A stretch of DNA of 64,000 nucleotides. Source: Bilabrum cf. latius (taxonomy: Eukaryota). Location: positions 744,001 to 808,000 of the forward strand of contig OZ237735.1 of NCBI GenBank assembly GCA_965178125.1, written 5' to 3'. The notes beneath the pieces were generated by a model. The model was not told where the DNA came from and did not search any database. It saw only the letters and a program-made list of their open reading frames with translations. The position numbers and the translations under genes are program-made. Below, piece by piece: positions 25,901-39,470 of this stretch; positions within the stretch are counted from its first letter, which is position 1; each line of letters begins with the position of its first letter.

Positions 25901-28080
25901 GGAGCGCCGCGAAGGCGGCCATCGAAGCTGCAGCGGAAGTGCCAGCCGACATCGAAGACAGAGACGGTGGTAAAAGTTCCGGACATCTTGGGGGTGGGGG
26001 TGCGCGGGGTGAGGCGGACGATGACGATGACGCAGGAGCGGGAGCTGCAGCGGTCCCAGATGCGGACGAGCGTCCAAGAACCCGCGGATAGGAGTCTGTG
26101 AGCCCTCAGCAGGCAGCTGATTCTGTCCTGCAGGAGCTGAGTCCCCAAGGTACGGCCGTGCTCTGCGACGATGAGGCCTCGCGAGCCGGAGCAGAGCCTC
26201 CTCGCGAGCTGGAGACCTTGTCTGGAAGAGATGTGCTGATCTGCGGCAACGGGATCAGTGCCTTGACTGCTGCTCGGGGCCTTGTTGCGCGCGGGGTTCA
26301 TCCGAATCGCATCGCTGTTGCCTGGAAAGGCGTGCTTGCCACCGCCCTGCTTCCGTTTTCCCGCACGCAAGCCGGTGCCGATGGTCAGGGCGCTGTGGGA
26401 GACGGTGCTCACTACCCGGCACTGGCTGTGGCGCGAAGTTTGGAGGACGAGGGTGTGTGCTTGCTTCGTGGCTGGAGGCTGCAGTAGCTTCAAGAAAGTG
26501 CTTTGGGATCTCCTGGAGACGCCCAAGCTCGTTTTGCAGGCCGTAATCTACTGGTAGAGCTCCAGTCAACTTCTGAGCGAGCCAGCAACGAGGCCATTGA
26601 TCTTGCAAATGAGCTCAAAGAGGCAGGCAAGGACGCCGACGGCAACGAAGTGGACCTTAGCGACCTCGGCACCGGTACTGGCGGCGGTGGTGACGTGTTG
26701 GGGGACGAGGAGGATGATGAGCGAGAGGCAAGGCGAAGGCTGCGCCGAGAGCGTCTGCAGAGCGCCAACGCCGCAGCAGGGGCCGTTCGTGTCCTCCGTC
26801 TGCACGCTAGGCTAGTCATCTCTTCGGGTTCAACGGGTGTCGGCAGAGACGTCTTCAGGCTAGCCAATCAGAGTGGGCTGGTCTTCGATGGGCGTCTGGT
26901 CGTCGGTCACCGTTTCGAAACCGCAGACCCAGCCATTCTCGCTACTGGTCCCGCAGCTCGTTTCAGTCGCCGGTTCAGGCCAGAGCGTCCACTGGAGGGG
27001 CATGACAGTCGGGAGTGCGGTGCATAGGCTGCCCTGCGCGTTGTAGAACTGATCCAGGAAGGCTTGGAAGGATCCGGTGCGGTCGTTGGCACGGCTGCTG
27101 CGGCTTCCAGCGGGGCAGGTGCTGGTCCGGGGGGGGCAGTGCAGAGAGGCCGCACCATGCTACCCACCCTCGATGAACCGCTAACGGAGCAAGCCGTGTT
27201 GCCGGGACACTGGACATTCTCTCGAGCGCGTCTAGTTGCGTGGTAGGCCCCACCTGCTCACAAGAGACGCATTGTTGGGTACGCTGGGGATGGTGAGAAG
27301 CCGGCGCAGTCCATCGATTTGGAAGCCGCAGGTGCTCTCCCGTCCGAGCTGTGGACCACGTATACATACAAGGATGGCGACAAGCCACGCGTAGATCCGT
27401 GGCCGCTGCCTGTCGCCGCAGAGCGACACACGTGGATGGCATTCGACCAGCATGGTAGGGTGGCCGAGCTGGTTGTGTTGCAACGTGGTTTGTCTTCTGA
27501 CGGCAGTGGCAAGCCCATATCTCTGCCCCCGCCACCGATGCGAAGTCTGGTACGATTCGTTGGAAGGCACATTTCTTGGCTACGAGGTGCAGAGCGAGGT
27601 GTTGCATCCGGCCGCATCCCTTGCTTAGCAGCTCACCTGTTTGGGCCCTGGGGTGCAGCTTTGCGTCATGATCGATGCGAAGACTTGGTTGGTGCTATTC
27701 GATTCGGTCTAGTGTCGCAAGGTACAATTGCTCAGCTCTCGATGCTCGGCGCCGGGGCCTCTCGCAGCGAAGTGCAGGCAGCTGTGGAAGACATCAAGCG
27801 GAGCTTTGACGGGGACGCTCCATTCGGTCCGCAGATTGACACAAGAGCCGCCGAGGCAATGCAAAAGATGGAAGATGCAGCTGTGCAGGATCGCTCTTCT
27901 AGCGGCAAGGTAGGTGCAGAGAGTGCGAAGCGACTGGCCATGGACGCAATCGACCGTGCTGGTTTTGCTGGAGTCAATGGTGAAAGGGCATAGGAGCAAC
28001 TGCGCGAGCGCATTCAACGCGCTGTCCTGGATTTTGTGCGAGACAGGTCGCATGAGCTACCGGGGTATGTCATTCCGTGA
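19990..28080 (+). CDS. CFAP61: Cilia- and flagella-associated protein 61 with a large central insertion, ~2660 aa; probable intron 20350-20457
   Basis: Contains TRRAREEDCDDVAPVF...FGSFFLAD, ERYPSADFIVLTLP, Rossmann-like RVVFVGCSDAALAA, LDRARRVVTL...INYDLLVLATGL, GLVFDGRLVV...DPAILATGPAARFSRRF, WGAALRHDR and terminal HELPGY. One frame with ~13 TAGs, ending at TGA 28078. Confidence 0.8.
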
Positions 28081-28180
28081 TTTGCTTTCGCATTAGGTGT
28101 TGGGAGTAGGGCTAACTGCGGGGACTCACACTTGTGCTGATTTTGAATCAAAGAGAGAGTTTCACCCACAGTTTCACGCG

Positions 28181-31100
28181 TCATTCCTCCTCAGCTTCAG
28201 AATCCATGTGCTCGAACCCGTACTTCGCTGGGGCCACTCCCTCCCCCGACCAAGGCAGCGTCAAGATCGGAGCAGTGCTCCCTCGAACCAGGCGCCAAAC
28301 GGCAACCATGCCATCCTTCGCTCCGATGCTGACCACGTGGCTGCGATCGCTGTTAAATGAAACCTGCCGAACAGCGCCTACGTGGGCTGCATACGCCCTG
28401 GCCTTAGCGTCAGGATGGGAGGCTGGGCATCGCAGCAGCTTCACCTGTCCCATGCTCTCCCCCATCAGCAGCAGGTCCCGATCTTGGCTAACGTGGGCAG
28501 ACACGCAGTCGACTCCAAAGTCGGGGTGCCGCCAAGCATGTCTTGTTGCAGCCGACATGGGGCATTTTTGCTGGATCCACCTCATGTCTCGAGCCTCGGA
28601 CGGGTGCTCAAGACGCTCGCCAGTTTCAACTCGAAAGAAATGCAATTCGCCTGACTCGTCATTCACTTGCAGTAGTTGAGAGGTTTCGTCCCAGTCCAAA
28701 GCCAAGATAGGAGCACTTGCACCATCGCAGACCACCTTGAGCTCCAGAGCAGAAGAGTTTGCTCCTGCCGGACGGCCAGCCAGATCGGTACCACTACCAG
28801 TAGCAGCAGCGGATTGCGGCCCTGAACCAGCGGTCATCGCCACAATCTCATACACGTACACCTTGTAATCTCTCGAACCGCATGCTATGAATCTTCCTGA
28901 CGGGTCAAATCGCAAAGCATTCACAGGCAGTCGGGTGTCCCTGTGCTCCGCCAGAATCACAAGATCCTCAGCTCGCAGCAAAAGAACTGTCCCGTCCGTC
29001 TCCGCTGCTCCCATCGCACCACCTTCCCCATATCGACCACCTAGACCAATAATAAGCTAGCTGCCATCCGGACTCCAATCGATGCTTCGACACATACCCG
29101 CAAGCTCAACTTGCACTACTTCCTTCGCCTAACTGATAGACCACAAGCGAAGAGTGTGGTCATCACCGCAAGTGGCAAATACATCAGGGAAACTAGGGTG
29201 GCACGCCATGGCACGGCTCTCATGCCCAGCATGTCCGCAAGCAACCAGGGCCATAGGAAAGAGTTCCCGCGTCCCTCTAGCGGAGACAACGCGGCTGGAG
29301 GCCACAGCATCATTCTGAACTGCCCAGCCGCCGGAACCGCACACAGCCACGTACAACTCACATCCAAAGGTGCCAACCAGAATATACTGGTGGGAGCTAT
29401 CAGGGCTGATACATACAGACTTAATGCGGGGATCAACGGGCGGCCTTGCTTGGATCGTGTCGTCGCCACGGCCAGTGTCAGGGCCTGCTCCAAGCGTGGC
29501 GACGTCAATCGTACTCGCCCTTTTCACGCCAAAGGGTGTCCCTTTCCACAAGATGACGCGACCATCGGCACCACCAGTCACCATGTGATTACCTATACTG
29601 TGCATGCAGGTAATGGCACCTTCGTGAGCGGAAATAACCTCTTTGCAGCATCGGTCGCGCACCAGGACGATCGAACCGCCACTTGTCCCAAGGCACAGAG
29701 AGCTGCCGCATTTCGCGCCACACGTCAAGGACTACCACGGAAGCTCATTTCCAAATTGCCCTGGGACCAACTGCAGGTGTTTTAACTATGAAGAGATAGA
29801 CGCGAATGACATGAAGCCTTCGCCAAGCACGACGAAGTCAGCTCCATCATTGTGTGTCCCAGAGCAGTCAACAACTGCGAGAGGCCGGCCTGCGCCTAAC
29901 TATGTCGAGCAAACAAAGGAAGCATCATTCCATTGTCCAGTTCGACTTCGATGCACTGTCACCAGGTGCTTATCATCTTGTCCAACACAAACCAACAGCT
30001 CGTCAGTGCTGTTCTCTTCAGCCGCACTTGCTGCGCTTTGAGAAGCTGCGATTGAAACGCTTGGTTTCTTCGGAATCAATGTTTCTGACAGTGGCCCGGA
30101 GTCGGTCCTTGCATCAATTGGATCTGATGGAGCGCGGCGACCTCCCAAGAACGACATGCACGCAATCCCGCGCCTGTGAGCAGCGGCCAGTGAGTCGACC
30201 TGCTGGCAGGTTGAGCAGCGCCAAAGACGCACCCGAGGTCTCTCGTAGTCCCAACCTGATTCCACTTCAAATGCTACTGAAGCAGCGATAGCGCCACTCG
30301 AATTCACACAAAGACCGAAAACTTCTTGGGCGCCATGCGACTTAAAGTGGGACTGTGTTCCCCCGTGGAGATTCGAAACAACACCCATGCTGGCCACGTT
30401 GTATACGATGCGATCCGACCTACCAGCAAACCAAGCGTTCTAGCGCAAGCCAGTGCGTCCAGCATAGCCGCCCACCCAGCATAACCTGAGCGATGCTTCT
30501 GGCGGCTCTGCCACCGGCCTCTCAACAGCGGTGGGATCTACGGCGTCGCGTACCCACGGTCGAGGTGCAGACTTAGTCGCGGCGGCGGGATCTCTGCCTT
30601 CGAGAGGAACCAGGGTTTTGGCGCGAGAGGGACCATCGAGCCTGGCGGATGGAGGCCTGCTTGATGCCTTTGAAGTTGGCCGAGCAGAACCCTTCAAGCT
30701 AGGCCGAGCACTTTGTCCACCTTCTTCGTTCCTGTCTCTGGCACTAAGTAAGGCGGCCTCGATGCCCGGCAGGACACCTTGGGGTAGCCATTCGCCCCAG
30801 TCCATGCACCTCCTCACGGCAGATTCTGCTGCTCTGAACTTGGCTCTCGGAGCGATCATGGACGCCGTTTCTGCTTGGTCCACCACCCCAGATGCACTTT
30901 CAATGGAGTAGGTGCTCCGCATTCCGGCCTCATCGATGCTCGTGTGAATCCTCCACACGTGCAACTGGTTGTCTTCGTGGCCAATGGAAACGAAATGCGC
31001 ACCATCAAAGCACCACTTCACGTACTAGACAGGCCCATCGTGCCCAAGAATGGAAACAGGCGTCATTCCAACATCGCCAAAGTCGGTCTAGAATCGCCGG

Positions 31101-34100
31101 GGTGTCTTCAGCACGGCCGCAATCTCCTGCTCAGGTGGTTCGCTGGCGGCGCCACCGCTAGCAGCTCTATCCACTGCAGCCGTGAGGTCCGTTGCCCCGG
31201 CAGCTGTTGGAACCGCGCTCTTCATGGTTGCACTCGCGGAACCGTTCTCGTACTTTGCGGAGGGACCACCAAACGATGAATCTGGGGCGCGGCCAGCGTG
31301 AGCTGCAGCTACAGTAGCCAACTTGCTTGCGGTCGACACGCACGGGAACGGCACAAGGCGAATAAAACCGCTCGAGTCACCACAGAGATAGTACCCCCCT
31401 TGATCTGAAAAATCAGCGGCCGAAGTCTTTCCATCCGAAGCATCCCCACTAGTGCGAAGGCTGGGGTTTACTGGCTGCCTGTCGCCGCACAGGACTTGGC
31501 TTCCATCCTCCACTACCTGGTCAACTCCTTCCAGATCCCATCCCACTGGCACTGAGTGCGACTGCCACAGCACCGATTTAATGCCCTATGAGTGGCTTGC
31601 ATCCTCTGCACTTCGACTCTCGATGTAGTGCATGGTACCATCTTGGCCTAGCACTCGCATCACGACGCTATCGCAGGAAAAATCGACTGCAGACGCCCCT
31701 CCTCGCACGCCTGAATACGTACCACGGAGGTCATACTTTGCAGATATGTCAAAGAGGTATATGTTTCCCTCTACTGTGCACACAACCAAAGTGTTTCCAT
31801 CCGGAGAGTATGCGATACAGCTGCATGAGCTTGCAGTTTCTCGGCCCTCAAACACTGGTTCTAGTGTAGCCACGTCAACTACAATAACGGTGCCTTCTCG
31901 TGACATACCAGACCCGACTGGCTTGCCACCAAGCCCAATGGCAAGTTGGTCTCCGGCTGGATGGAAAGCAAGCGAAGATATTCCAGAAGCAGCACTAATT
32001 GTACCAAGTACTTTGGGAAACCTTACGTCCCAAATGGTCACAAAGCCGTCATCACCGCCAGTCGCGGCGAGCAGGCGACTCGGGTGCGTCGCTAGAGCTC
32101 GCAGCCTGCCTTGGCTGTGCCCCGCGACCGGTCTCACAGGCTTCGACACAGAGACTGTCACATCTGTTTCAAGTGCTCTACCATCCGAGCCGGAGTTGGC
32201 TCCATTGGTAGCGAGCGCTTCCTTCGTCTCGCGGTTGAACTCTATCTCGGTGATAAGCGCTTCTCCGCTTAACGTACCAGCTGCCAGGTACGTCCCTCTT
32301 GCAGACTCTGCAATTTCCAGTCCACACACACCGATAGCTTGTCCAGACGATAGGTCGCTGGCAGCAAACTCTGCCACGCAATGCATTCCATCAGTCCAGA
32401 TCCGGACAATACCGTCTAGTCCTGCGGATGAAAAGTATTGCTCGGTCTGCTTGTGGAATGTTCGCAAAGCTGTGACGCTGCCATTGTGACCACGACAAGC
32501 AAACGCCGCCTCTACGCCATCGAGCTTGATCAAAGCACCGCTGCGCATTCCGAGGACCGCTTCGCTACCGGCCCACGCCGCTGCCAGTACCTCGTCGCCC
32601 ACGATGGCTACCTCGTCCGCGAGATCCTGGCCTTCATCCAACTCATCAAATTCCAGATCACCAATCATGGAGCACGGCCTGCCAATGTCAGCATGCAGAC
32701 GGGCCTGCGGGTACTTGCCGAGTTGTACCGGGCGTCGGCATCCGTTTCGGCCATCCAGCGTCCAAAATGATACGCCGGCTTGGCTCCAACGCAAGAATCC
32801 TTCGCCTGCCATCGAGCATACTATGCCAATGGCAGCAGACAGACCGCAGCTGACTCTAGCCAAACAGGCACCACTGGACCAATTGTGAACATACACGCTT
32901 GAAGAAGCGTCATTCCAAGCACTAACCACTTCCTATCGATCAGCTAGACTGAAGTCAAGGTCCAGCACTGCCCCACCAATCCCACCAAGTGTGCACAGGG
33001 TGCTGCGCGTTGCTGCATTCCAAACGTGGATGACTCCATGTCCGTAGTACTTGGCTGAACACCTCGACCCAGAGCCGATTAACCATTCACCAGTCTCCTT
33101 GCCGGTGCAAACTGCCTTCATGCAAGTGATCGTCGAGTCATGTTCGTCATATACTGCACGCAGCCAGCCCCCGGCCTCGTGCATGGTCCCTGACTTTGGC
33201 ACGAGAACAACAGCGCGATGGCCGCTTGAGTAGGCAAACTCACCTGTACCAAGTGCCACAACCACACCAACTGTACCAAAGCCTGCTGCTCCACCTGAAC
33301 CTAACAGTTGCAAAGCAAATGGTGCCCGAGCCAGTACAGATAGGCTAGATCTGGCAATATTCGCCGAGTCAGAGCCGCCACAAATGGTTCTCCTGTGTGG
33401 CATCGCCATCTGTGCCGGTGGGACGACCGTGGATGCCATCCAAGACCGCTTGTGATCGATGTAGTTCATCAGCTCTTCTCGACCTGAACCGCCCTGCGCT
33501 GCTGATACAACCCTATCGACCAGAGTAGCCTGAATGCTCGCCACAACGTCAGAGCGAAGAGCTCTGGATACATGCAGCGCGTCCATGCCATCCTACAAAA
33601 AGCGGTGTCCATCGTCCAGCGGTAGTGCCAGACTAGGTGGGCACGGCTCCACCACCCACTGACACATGGTGCGATCTCCCTGACCAACCGATATAATTCT
33701 TCCGTCTCCTGGAGCTATATCTACGGCTACATCGGATCCGCTGCTATGAACCGCCAAGGCCAGCTCGCCACTCTCGGGGTGCTCAGCAGGGCACGAGCGA
33801 ACTCGCAGCCTGCCGAAGTTGTCAGCCGCCACCAGCCAATCCCCAGCACGGCTCACGCGGGCTACAGTTATGTCTTCATATCGGCGAACCAGTTGATCTC
33901 TTGCCACAGCGCTGTGTCTTTGCAGGTACAACTGCAACTCTTCAGCCTACAGCGGTCGAACGGCGCTTCTGGGCAGGTCAACTGGCATCCCACTTTGCTC
34001 AGATGCAAGCCCCGCAGCTGCCGTCAAGGAGGGCACAATTGGCTTTTCAACCAAGCCAGTGCTGTACTTTCCAGTACTCTTTGTGACGGGCAAATCAACG

Positions 34101-37100
34101 CCTTTCAAAGCGCCAGACAAAGACTCTTTCCAGATGATGTCAGTCCCAGCCCCGGCCCCATCCCACAGGCCCGCCGCGGACCACGCCAGCGGCGAGCAAG
34201 CGCAGTGCCACTCCAGCGAGGCAAGGATACCGTTGGCTCGAAATGGCTCTCCTGAGTCAACTTTCCAATGCATGGACTCGTAGCCTCCTTCGGCCAAAGC
34301 ACCTAGCACAGCATCTCGAGCATGCGACGCGACGTCTACAGCAAGGTCGTTCGAGACAGCCCCTGCCACTACAACCCCCTTGCTTGCTGATGAAGGCAGG
34401 AACGACGTACTCCCCGACCCATAATGCGCCTGGGCCATCTAGACTGCCGATTCCGCGGTAACGCTGCCAGCAGACCTGGAAGCAAAAGACCCGCGGTCAC
34501 ACACGGTGTCACTGCTTGCGGAACCGGAAGCAGTGCGAACAATTGAGCTATCTCTCGAAAAGTCAATGCTAAAAACCGGGGTAGTATGTCCATCCAGCTT
34601 CGTCCTTGGAGTGTACTGTCTCTCATCGTGGCCGACAGGGACACCCTCTCTCTTGAATGCGGGCAACTTTGCGGTCAGCACCAGTATGCCCACATCGTCT
34701 GAGTGTCCACCATCAAGTCCTTTCGCCTTCCGCGATGCAGCAACGGATGCTTCTTGTTCCCCTTCTGCCGTGCTAACGTGCGTATCGTACAAGTATACGC
34801 TGCGATCTGCCGACGCAACGGCAAGTGTTGAACCGTCCGGACTGTACTTGACAGATGTGATCCATTTCTTGCTGTCGCGGGCAGCGCACACCACTGACCA
34901 GTCTTCAGTCTTGAACACGACAAAGGCTCCTTCTCTATTAGCCCTCTCCGTGGCAGCGGGTTCATACAGAGCATCTGATGGACGATAGAACGCACTCCTC
35001 TCTGACCCCTCGGGACTCCCCATCCCAACGCACAGGTAGTGTCCAGATGGGTGGTAGGCTACGGCTCGTGATGCGGTTGGAAGCTTGATGCAAGCAATCA
35101 TCCGTCGGTCCAGAGAATCCCAGACTCGCAGAGTCGAGTCGTCTCCAACAGTTGCAAACTCATCCTTTGTTGGGTGCGAGCACACTGCTGCCGACATCCC
35201 GGAGCTGTGCGAATGAACCAAGGGACCCTCCAGGTGGAGGCTAGAGCCATCGTGCTCCGAGAGCTCCAGGATCTCGCCACCGTGTGTCGCAAGTAGAAAC
35301 CGTTCGGCAACATGGTCCCAGTGCAAGGACTGCACGCTGTGGCTTAGCAAGCCAAGACCCCGCAAGTCTACCGATCTCAGCCGTTCCATGCTGGGGCCGA
35401 ACACAATGACATTGCCGTCAGAGAGGCTTGCCGACACTAGTCCTGTTCCGCGACAAGTGCTGAGGACCGTGACGGGCGCGTTGGCGTGCCCAGGGACGAC
35501 ACCAACCTGGATGTTGCCAGCCCAAACTACGAGATCTCCATCCATGCGGCCGGTCACGCAAGCATCTGATCTCGTCGGATGTGGAGCAACAGCAGTCAGC
35601 ACGGATGGTCCCTGCTTGCCAAACACGCCGGGCCGAAATGTGGCGACGATTGACAGCGTCCTCGGCAGCTCGTGGACAACGTCCGAATCATCCACGCTGT
35701 CCTCCGCCGGGAGCGACGCCCCCGCACCTGATTCTGCTGTGCTGGAACCAGGCTTGTCTGACTTCACACCGGCAAGCTTTGTCTATTTTGCGGTCCGTAT
35801 GGCATCTATGCTAAGCTCCCAAAAACACTATACCCCGCAGACAACCGCTCTAGAGACCGACACGAAACCTGCCGAAAGGACTTTGCCTGGTCCAAGGCGA
35901 GAGGCCGACGTGATATCATGCAATGGACGCGGTGTGTTGTCAAGGTCATCCTGGGACGCACCTCGGTTCTGCAACCGCCTGCGCTCTCGCTTCCAAAGAG
36001 CAGTCTCTGCTGCCTCGCCGGCGGCGTGGCCCACTGTGGCATCGGCAGGATACGCAAGCTCGATGCCAAGCCCAGTGTCCTCATCTAGTCCGCACACTGG
36101 CGCCACAGACTGATCAAGGAGACACTCCGTGTGGACCAGCTCGAGCAGCCCGCTTCTGCTGCACACTGTCCACAAGCACACTGTGCGCCGAGGGTCGGTG
36201 CCAACAGACAAAAGTAACGAGCCGTCCGGACTCCAGCTCATGTGGCTAACATTCCTCCCGTGAGGACACCGCCCTTCCGCGATTAATGTGCACGCAATGG
36301 GGTCCCAAACGCATACTCGAGGCATTGGGCCTAGCTCTGCTGTGGCCACAATGCTCCAGGCACCGCTCGACGACAGGCACACTGATTGGGCTGTTATCGT
36401 GTCCATGTGTCCTTGGAAGTAGCGCTGCACGTGCTTGCCCACTCCCTCCGTTGGATCCAGCACGATTACATTCGATCCGCTCGGATACACAATCTCCCCA
36501 GTGTGCAGGTAGCCTACAGAAGCACGCAAGCCCCTGCACGAGAACCCGTAGATCCACTCCAGAGACACACATACGTCAGGAATATCCTTGCGCTCCGGCT
36601 TGCCATCTCTTGGTCGCACAAGTGGTGCCTACGACACCCAAGACCGTTGGGATCTTGTCGTGGCGGCATGCCACTGCCGGTGTCCCGGGAGGTGGGGCTG
36701 CGTGCCGTCCATGTCCACGCAGCTGGATAGCTTAAGTCTGTGGAACAAGTCTGGGTCCCTGGCCGCAATTTCTGCTGCTGATCGAGAGATCCACTAATTT
36801 TGGTCCCGAATGAACTCAAAGGCCTGTTCCTCTTCCTAATGACGGGTGATTGACGACCCCCTTGTTCCAGCATGCGCACCAGACTTTACCGGCATGTGCG
36901 TGGCATCTGGGGTCGCTGATGATGGATCGCCTGATGCAAAAGTGCCCCCGCCAACGACAGCAACTGGCCGAACCCCCCTCGGCCGCCGACTCACTTGCAC
37001 ATCTTGCTTGCTACCTGCTGCAGGCGCGGCCCCGGAAGCGGCAGCGCTAGAGGCGGCTACATGCTGTTGGGCCTGGCCTGCTGTGACAGCGGCTGACAGG

Positions 37101-38230
37101 CGTTCAAGGCTGCTTCCAACGCCGTCGTCTCCTATCTTGCTTTCTTCACCAGGGAAGGAAGACACGCGACCAACTTCTCGCGCACCCCCTGAGACAATAC
37201 CGAAACCCTCGGCTCCAGTGGGGCTGGGTTCCCTCCCGGGGTGCAGCGCGACACCAGTCGTGCCTGGCGCGTCCCAGCTCCGAAGCCACGACCCCAGCTC
37301 AGCATGCCTGTGCGCCCTGGAGGCAAAATCGTCGATGCCCAGACCTGGCGACACTCCGCGCTTAGCGCTCTACAAAGTCGGTTTATGGCTAGTACCTTCA
37401 GGTGTGCTGCACCCATCGTCAGCGAAGAGCTGTGCCACCACCCGCTCTATCTGCGAGCTGGCCGGCAGATCGCCGGGGAGAAACCGGCTGAAATCGCCGG
37501 CATTGGGGTCTTGTACAAGTGCATTGGTTGAGATCGATATCTTTGCCAGTGCGCGAGCGGTACATTCTAAAGCGAGCACAAGTTCGTCCCTGCCCAGGCT
37601 CTGCCGCTGATCAAAATCGAAGACGTGGTAGACGACTGCGGCGGAAACAAGGCAGATTGAGCGATAGGATTGTGCTGCAGCAAAGACTATTGTAGTTAGC
37701 ATGCATATTGGTTCTTGCCACTCACATCTCATTTTTTCGGTTGCTCGCATACTAGAGGCTCCAGCAAGCAGGCAGCAGAGCTCGAGGCCATCAACGACAC
37801 CACCCTGCGTTGGCAATATGACAGTGGATCGACGACATTACCCAGCGCTGAAATACGAGACAATACGTGCAGTAACTATTTTTCTGTTGTGCGCCCACCT
37901 CATCAATATCCAGAAGGCGGAATAGACGGCGAGTTGCAGACGCGACAGCTCCCCTATCATGGCCTAGCAAAGTCTGTAAACACGAGCAGATGGAAATGCA
38001 CTCCGCCTCATTGATAGAAAGTCCATCTGCTGTAGTATTAAATGCATCCCATACACCATGAACAACCTCAGTAGGTACTGCGCATGATCAAGTGTGATGC
38101 GATTCCGAACATGAGTGTTAGCAAAGTCACAGTGGAAGTTAATACAAGATTTATAAGCCGCACGGCACTAACAATTACAGAATGGCAATGCATCCTTCAC
38201 AATTTCGGGCCGTCCGAGCCGAATTCCCAT
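28181..38230 (-). CDS. EF-hand + echinoderm microtubule-associated protein-like (EML5/6-type, three HELP-WD40 modules), ~3256 aa; introns 38078-38172, 37805-37898, 37636-37725
   Basis: Splicing restores EF-hands LFRLLDIDE|GGVVDGLEL and MRF|VYHVFDFDQRQSLGRDEL. HELP-like motifs LEWIYGFSCRGLRASVGY and LRLCWVGGYAG are present, with many WD40 repeats (FATVGDDSTLRVWD, KYSPDGSTLAV, FATCGDDHTLRLWS). Thirteen track ORFs lie in one frame separated only by TAG. TGA stop. Confidence 0.85.
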
Positions 38231-38635
38231 CGTGTACAAGCAAAATTGAATTGGCCGCAACGGATTCGCACACAGGAACCTTCGCAGCGAATCGGGCGAA
38301 CCTGTTGGCGGTAGTCCACCGGTGTGCGCCATTTGAGAAAGGTCAAGATGTTGTACGAGGCGAAAACACTCATAATGCAAGTAAAACCGAGTCAACATCA
38401 TGTTGGGACCCATTCAAATCAGAAGTTAAGTGTAGGCTACGAGTCTCATCCCATGCTGGTTGCAGCCGGCTCACCTCGCCCTAGCGACACTTGCGAACGT
38501 TTTTTCTACCAATGAAACTCGCATTATACTGAAACAACCCTCAAGTGGTTACTCCAGCGTGATAACCAGCACGGCAGCGGCACAAAGACCGCCAACCAGC
38601 GATCATTCCGTGCTCATGAATACACGCCAGTGCAA

Positions 38636-39265
38636 TCACTGTAGTTGAAGGCCGAAGCCGAGTTCTTCCAACTCTGCTATCTGACTTCTCTAAAGCTCTA
38701 GCTGGTGCTGCTGCACGCACTGGGCTACTTGTAGCCGCTCAGCAGCCGACAGCTCTGACACAGATTCCTAGCCTGGGCAGCTTGCGCCATCATGAACAGC
38801 ATTATCACGACTACTGTCGCCCGAAGGTCGATCCAGACCAATTATTTGTCCCTATGGAGAAGCTGTTCGACCATCAACGAACCGCTCCAAGTTTCTCTTG
38901 GGATCCTGGGCGGACGCAGCTCGTAGCTATTCAGCTGCAGCGCTGTCTTCGCTTTTCTCTATCATATCCTTGACGGTCTATGCTGCAGCTAGTTCATCCC
39001 GTAGCATTGAACCGACGGCAGTCTTGAATTCCTTCTGGCTCCTGACACCAAGGACCGACGAGCCACCCTGCGACACCCGTGCTTGGTCCTCCGCAGCAGA
39101 CAGGACCTGCTTCTCCTAGTCAAGAGCCAGGGCTTCAGCCTTCTTTCGAATTCTGGCGCTGCGTGAACGCAATACGTACGTGATTGCTGATGCCCTGTCA
39201 GACGGCGACACCGCGACTGCAATGCTGCACAAAAAGAGCAATGCCATCACCACCTTGGCGGCCAT
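38636..39265 (-). CDS. Hypothetical secreted protein, 209 aa, absent from the ORF track
   Basis: A 630 nt frame from ATG to TGA with 6 internal TAGs. The N-terminus MAAKVVMALLFLCSIAVAVSPS looks like a signal peptide. It fills an otherwise unusually large intergenic gap. Confidence 0.65.
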
Positions 39266-39470
39266 ACCTCGACGAAAGTTCTGAGCAGTTAGCAAGTCCT
39301 CAAAATAATAACATGAGACTAGCAGACTCTTGCTATCTCCACTTCATCTCGCGGATGCGTCGTTTTGTAGCTGGCTTTCTCGGCTGGCGGAACCAACGCC
39401 GAAGGCATCGCGCGGCGCCATGCCTGTGCGCTAGCCCGGATTCAGAAGTGCAAGCAACCCATCGAACCTC

